A DNA stretch of 23,064 bases, from contig CAZJUB010000037.1 of assembly GCA_964549075.1 (NCBI GenBank), positions 1 to 23,064 on the forward strand. The letters are read 5' to 3'. The notes under the pieces are model-generated. The model saw only the letters and a list, made by a program, of their open reading frames with translations, was not told the DNA's origin and made no database searches. Source of the DNA: an uncultured archaeon (lineage in GTDB: Archaea; Asgardarchaeota; Heimdallarchaeia; Heimdallarchaeales; Heimdallarchaeaceae). How positions within the stretch are numbered: position 1 is the first letter of the stretch; the number at the start of each line of letters is the position of its first letter. This document shows positions 19,009 to 23,064 of the stretch, piece by piece. A program made the translations under genes and the position numbers.

Positions 19009-20160
19009 TTAGAAATCTATAGGTGAAGATAAAGGATGTTGATCTTTCTCATAAACTGGACCATACCCGTCAATAAAATAATCTCCTGAAGTCCAGTCGC
19101 TCCAATAATTGTAATCCCAGTCATTATTCAAGCCTATATCATATGCTTGAGAAAACTCTCCAATTGCATTATCGATAAAATTGTTAAATGTAATAGTACA
19201 GAAAAAAGAGTCCGAAATAATAGCATAGGAAATACTATTGATAATTTGATTGAATTTAACAGTGATAAATACAGAATTATGTTCATAGTCTATACCTACT
19301 TCATTGTTAGTAAAAGTACAGTTTTGAACTGTTATATGTTCAGAATTTCTGATATATATTGCAGTTTCGCAATCTGTTACAGAACTGTTAGTAATAGTTA
19401 GATTTTCACAAAAAGCTATTTTGATACCAATAGAAGAGTTGGAAATAAATTGGTTTTCTATATCTATCAAACCAGAATTATAAACAAATAATAACGAGTA
19501 AGTTTTACTGATTGATACATTGAATATATCTTCAAAAAAACCTATTTCAACACCATTTATTGTATTATTTTCAAACACATTAAACAATTGAGGACACTCA
19601 TTGAAATTATCAGCAACTCTAATCTCAAATTTGCTTGACTCAAATGAATTTTCAATAAAATTTTCTACATAAGAATTGGATATACGCGAACCATCAGAGT
19701 TACCATAAAAAGTGTTGTTTTGAACTGAATGAATTAAACATGATGAGATAAACAGTTGAGCGTCATGAAATATATTATTTAGTATACTAACTTCTTTACT
19801 GAAGGGAGAGAAACCTCCATAATCATAATTGACACCCATTAAACTAAAGAAAGCTGAATTAAATTCACAGTTTTGTATAATGAAAGCTATTGGATTTTCA
19901 TTCCAATATAGTACTATCGAAAAACCTGAATCAAACACTAAATTTTCGATTATATATGGATCACCATTGGTGCCTGAACCTCTAGAAGCATATTTTTCCA
20001 TAGTTTCCATATTGCAGATATCTACATCTTCGTCATTACAACTTATAGGATTTTCAATGGTAGGTTTAATAAGAATAATAGCTAAACCGCTGAAGAGAAT
20101 TAGTGAACCTATGATTAGTAGTACAACTATCGAATTTCTAGAAGAGTCCTCGACAGACAT
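19009..20160 (-). CDS. NosD/CASH-type right-handed beta-helix protein with an N-terminal membrane anchor
   Basis: GSGTNGDPYIIEN, repeated IxxNxFxN turns, C-terminal NYWSDW...DQHPL. Confidence 0.85.
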   Translation of the reverse strand: MSVEDSSRNSIVVLLIIGSLILFSGLAIILIKPTIENPISCNDEDVDICNMETMEKYASRGSGTNGDPYIIENLVFDSGFSIVLYWNENPIAFIIQNCEFNSAFFSLMGVNYDYGGFSPFSKEVSILNNIFHDAQLFISSCLIHSVQNNTFYGNSDGSRISNSYVENFIENSFESSKFEIRVADNFNECPQLFNVFENNTINGVEIGFFEDIFNVSISKTYSLLFVYNSGLIDIENQFISNSSIGIKIAFCENLTITNSSVTDCETAIYIRNSEHITVQNCTFTNNEVGIDYEHNSVFITVKFNQIINSISYAIISDSFFCTITFNNFIDNAIGEFSQAYDIGLNNDWDYNYWSDWTSGDYFIDGYGPVYEKDQHPLSSPIDF

Positions 20161-20269
20161 CTAAGGAATAATAGACTCAAAGATGTTTATTTATTTTTCT
20201 TGAAACCTTAGTTTTTCATATGAATCTGCACTTCAAAAATGCTCTAAAACTGGTTAATTTTGATGTTGT

Positions 20270-20307
20270 TTTCTCGCATTTATATATGAATCTAAATATT
20301 ATCTAGT
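20270..20307 (+). promoter_or_regulatory. radA promoter
   Basis: TTTC 20270-20273, then TTTATATATGAATCTAAATATTATCTAGT 20279-20307; the box starts 32 nt before the ATG. Confidence 0.8.
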
Positions 20308-20310
20308 AAC

Positions 20311-21495
20311 ATGGCTAACAATATTGAAAATAGTGAAGAAAGTAAACCTTCTACCAAGAAGAAATCCATAAAAGATACTGATTCTCTTGAAGAGTTTTTA
20401 GCTGGAATCAAAGGTCTTTCTGACACTATGAAAAAACGTATTCACAAGGTTTTGACTACTGAAGGAATAATCGACCCTAGAGGTATCAAATCTTTTACTG
20501 AGAAGCAACTCACTGAACTTCCTGGTATTACTGATACAACTGCTGGTTTATTATTGGATCAGTTCAAAACAAAAAGTGAAGATAAAATTTTCCTTTCTTT
20601 AGATGAAAGAGAAGAATTGGAAACCGAAAGAGAAAAAATCAAAACTGGTTCCAAAGCTATGGATGATCTTCTCCAAGGTGGTATTCCAACTGGTACTTTT
20701 TGTGAATTATATGGTGCTCCACAAAGTGGTAAAACTCAGATCTGTTATTCTCTAAGCGCTAATTGCTTACTTCCTGAAGAGTATGGTGGACTAGGTGCAG
20801 GTGTTATTTGGTTAGACACTGAAGGTTCATTTAACAGTCAAAGATTGAAACAGATAATATCGTATTATCAATATACTCACAGTATTCCTGACAAGAAATT
20901 TAATACTGACCAATTCATGGTCGCTGCTACTCGTTCCTTAGCTGCAATTGAACTAGCTCTTAAAGAAGCAGGAAGAATAATACCAAAGAATAATGTTAAA
21001 CTTCTCATCGTTGACAGTCTCATGGATCCTTTCCGAGCTGAATACGGTGGATTAGGGCAATTAGCTGAAAGACAGAAACATCTTAACCGAGTTCTACATT
21101 TACTTATGAGAATTGCTGAAGCATGGGATTTAGCAGTCGTCTATACTAATCAAGTAATGGCTAATCCTGATCCTTTTGCTACAGCAATGGATAAAGTTCA
21201 ACCTGTAGGAGGTTTTGTACTTGGTCACGCCTCTGATATTAGACTCTGGTTACGTAGAGCTACATCAAAAATTCGCAAAGATAATGATGCTCCAAATGCT
21301 CGAAGAGCCCTTATAACTGACTGTGGCTGGCTTCCACAGCAAGAGACTCACTTTTCTCTCGGACCTTTTGGTGTTTGTGATGTTGAAGAAGAAGCTAATC
21401 ATCGCAAATTAGCTTTAGATATCGGGTATACTTTAGATGCTCCCGCAGAAGAAGAGGATGAAGAGATAGAGACAGAGTTTGCTTCATTAGATTAA
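20311..21495 (+). CDS. radA: RadA/Rad51-family recombinase (divergent, possibly a paralog)
   Basis: N-terminal HhH motifs, TGS..MDDLLQGG, ELYGAPQSGKTQ, LPEEYGGL, WLDTEGSF, LIVDS, FRAEY..LAERQ, TNQVMANPD, PVGGFVLGHAS. Confidence 0.9.
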   Translation: MANNIENSEESKPSTKKKSIKDTDSLEEFLAGIKGLSDTMKKRIHKVLTTEGIIDPRGIKSFTEKQLTELPGITDTTAGLLLDQFKTKSEDKIFLSLDEREELETEREKIKTGSKAMDDLLQGGIPTGTFCELYGAPQSGKTQICYSLSANCLLPEEYGGLGAGVIWLDTEGSFNSQRLKQIISYYQYTHSIPDKKFNTDQFMVAATRSLAAIELALKEAGRIIPKNNVKLLIVDSLMDPFRAEYGGLGQLAERQKHLNRVLHLLMRIAEAWDLAVVYTNQVMANPDPFATAMDKVQPVGGFVLGHASDIRLWLRRATSKIRKDNDAPNARRALITDCGWLPQQETHFSLGPFGVCDVEEEANHRKLALDIGYTLDAPAEEEDEEIETEFASLD

Positions 21496-21500
21496 GGAGG
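21494..21500 (+). promoter_or_regulatory. Shine-Dalgarno site overlapping the radA stop codon
   Basis: AAGGAGG 8 nt before TTG 21509. Confidence 0.7.
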
Positions 21501-21508
21501 AGAGAGAT

Positions 21509-23064
21509 TTGCGTAGAGTTGTTGTTCTTTTTGTTCTTTTACTATTTATCCCTCAACCAATGACTCAATTAGTGGTCAAAAGTATGGTTAAACCTTCAGT
21601 AAATACAGATGGAAAAAGTTTCAATCTTGAATACAATCCTGATACAGACTATGTTGTTGAAAATAGGATTATACGCATAACTCCTATTACCGAAGATGAG
21701 TACAAAGAGTCTCTCTCTAAGAGTTCGTCTAGTGTTCCTCATCTTTCTCCTGCTATATATCCGAGTCTTACTGAAGTTACAGGAAGCAGTTCTACTCTTC
21801 ACAGAGGAGACTTGTTAAGCGCTTCTGCTACTACTGAGTATGAACTTTTAGGATACGTTCCAGTAGATAGAGGATATCACTATTGGTATGACTTACAAAA
21901 TGTTGTTTCTGATAACGATAACTTTGTTTCTACAATTAGTGTAACTAAAATTGCGATAGAATTCAGCTCTACTGTCGATTGCAATGTAATGGCATTTTCT
22001 CTTAATTTATCTCAAATCAGCACTCCTATTTCTAATTCGATAAAATTCTATTTGACAGACAATCTCTACAATTATCTTAACGATTATATGATGTATTCTG
22101 AGATTTCACTTCACTCTTATAATTCTCAGAAAAACAATCCTGATTCCCCTCTGTTATTCGCTTTTTGGAATCATCCTTTAACCACTCCCATCAGTAATGT
22201 TTTAACAGCTGATACACCTTATTTTGTGGTTCTAGAATCAACAACCAATTTCATGCTCCAAACCTCTTCTGATCTCACAGGTTCAGATGATAATAATGTT
22301 TACACTTTCGAGAGTAGTTCTTGGGTAGTGCAACCAAATATTGATGTAAATCTTGGAGTTTATACTGGTTCCTTAATTCAATCTTCTAGTTTAGGAGCTT
22401 CAGGTACATCAAATCTTTCTTATGATTCAACCTATACTTCTGGAGTGAACCACAAACTTGTTGTTAATTACTATGATGGTAGTTTAATGTATGATGGTTG
22501 TTCAGATTTTCTTGACTTAACTATTCTTGATTCTTTTAATCCTGAATATGTTTACTTATCTTCTCCTCCAACAGCTGAATATGGAGATGAAATCGAGCTT
22601 ACAGCAAGAGTTGAGAACAGTTATCATCAACCTTTAAAAGGTGAATTAATAGGTTTCTATGTTTCTGACGACAATCAAAGCTGGTCGCTTATTGGGCAAA
22701 CAAATTCATTAGAAAATGGTTATGCTATTGAATCCTATAGCATACCTGCTGCTTCTGGAACTAAATACTTTAAAGTAGTTTTAGATCTCCTTGCAGCTTA
22801 TAGTTCTACTCAGATGAAAAAAGAAACGATATTTGTAGAAACTCCTCAAATTAACTGTATTTACGGCAGTGCAGTAGGAGCATATAATTTAGCCCCTTTC
22901 CAGCTTTATACTCGTGTTTATGACAACGAAGGAAATCCAGTTGTGAATCAGATGGTTATCTTCTTCATGCAAGGAGCTCTTGATCCAATTTTTGCTTATA
23001 CCAATCAATCTGGTTGGGCGATAACAGCTAACGGCTATATTAATTGGAATTCAGGATTTTACTC
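21509..23064 (+). CDS. Large secreted/surface protein with Ig-like (Big_1-like) domains; partial, runs off the window
   Basis: Translated by hand: no stop over 518 codons. Begins MRRVVVLFVLLLFIPQP. Contains two Ig-like units, ELTARVENSYHQPLKGELIGFYV...TNSLENGYA and LYTRVYDNEGNPVVNQMVIFF...YTNQSGWA. Confidence 0.85.
   Translation, partial: MRRVVVLFVLLLFIPQPMTQLVVKSMVKPSVNTDGKSFNLEYNPDTDYVVENRIIRITPITEDEYKESLSKSSSSVPHLSPAIYPSLTEVTGSSSTLHRGDLLSASATTEYELLGYVPVDRGYHYWYDLQNVVSDNDNFVSTISVTKIAIEFSSTVDCNVMAFSLNLSQISTPISNSIKFYLTDNLYNYLNDYMMYSEISLHSYNSQKNNPDSPLLFAFWNHPLTTPISNVLTADTPYFVVLESTTNFMLQTSSDLTGSDDNNVYTFESSSWVVQPNIDVNLGVYTGSLIQSSSLGASGTSNLSYDSTYTSGVNHKLVVNYYDGSLMYDGCSDFLDLTILDSFNPEYVYLSSPPTAEYGDEIELTARVENSYHQPLKGELIGFYVSDDNQSWSLIGQTNSLENGYAIESYSIPAASGTKYFKVVLDLLAAYSSTQMKKETIFVETPQINCIYGSAVGAYNLAPFQLYTRVYDNEGNPVVNQMVIFFMQGALDPIFAYTNQSGWAITANGYINWNSGFY

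Noticed and set aside
88-21802. Short alternative-frame ORFs in the track (88-270, 5023-5265, 5212-5427, 6152-6394, 7501-7701, 8551-8766, 8872-9054, 17648-17857, 17968-18156, 19147-19401, 19829-20164, 21596-21802)
   Set aside because: All lie within or almost entirely within longer, well-supported CDSs and show no recognisable motifs; treated as shadow ORFs
8096-23064. Integrated plasmid, conjugative element or provirus
   Set aside because: No integrase, relaxase, replication or capsid gene, no tRNA or att repeat, and no obvious compositional shift; the right boundary is outside the window, so this cannot be fully excluded

Overview
AT-rich archaeal chromosomal window. It is most likely Asgard (Heimdallarchaeia-like), inferred from an archaeal RadA, TATA-box promoters and the style of the secreted NosD and beta-propeller proteins; this is not proven. 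The left part (1-7.9 kb) holds a six-TM glycerophosphodiester phosphodiesterase resembling animal GDE2/GDE3, two membrane proteins, a 7-blade propeller/FN3 surface protein and an ABC exporter. The right part (8.0-23 kb) is the main item of interest: a plus-strand cluster of a membrane-anchored surface protein, two membrane proteins, a RadB-like ATPase, a PD-(D/E)XK-fold protein, a catalytically degenerate HerA/VirB4-like protein with a winged helix, a Hel308/Ski2-like helicase with a SWIM finger, a divergent RadA, and an Ig-like surface protein that the ORF track missed. Four promoters in this cluster share TTTC-N5-TTTWTATAT, and two of them (operon and radA) are identical at 27 of 29 positions. 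My inference is a co-regulated cell-contact / DNA-transfer / homologous-recombination system. I saw no rRNA, tRNA, CRISPR array or transposase. All family assignments come from motif recognition, not from database searches.
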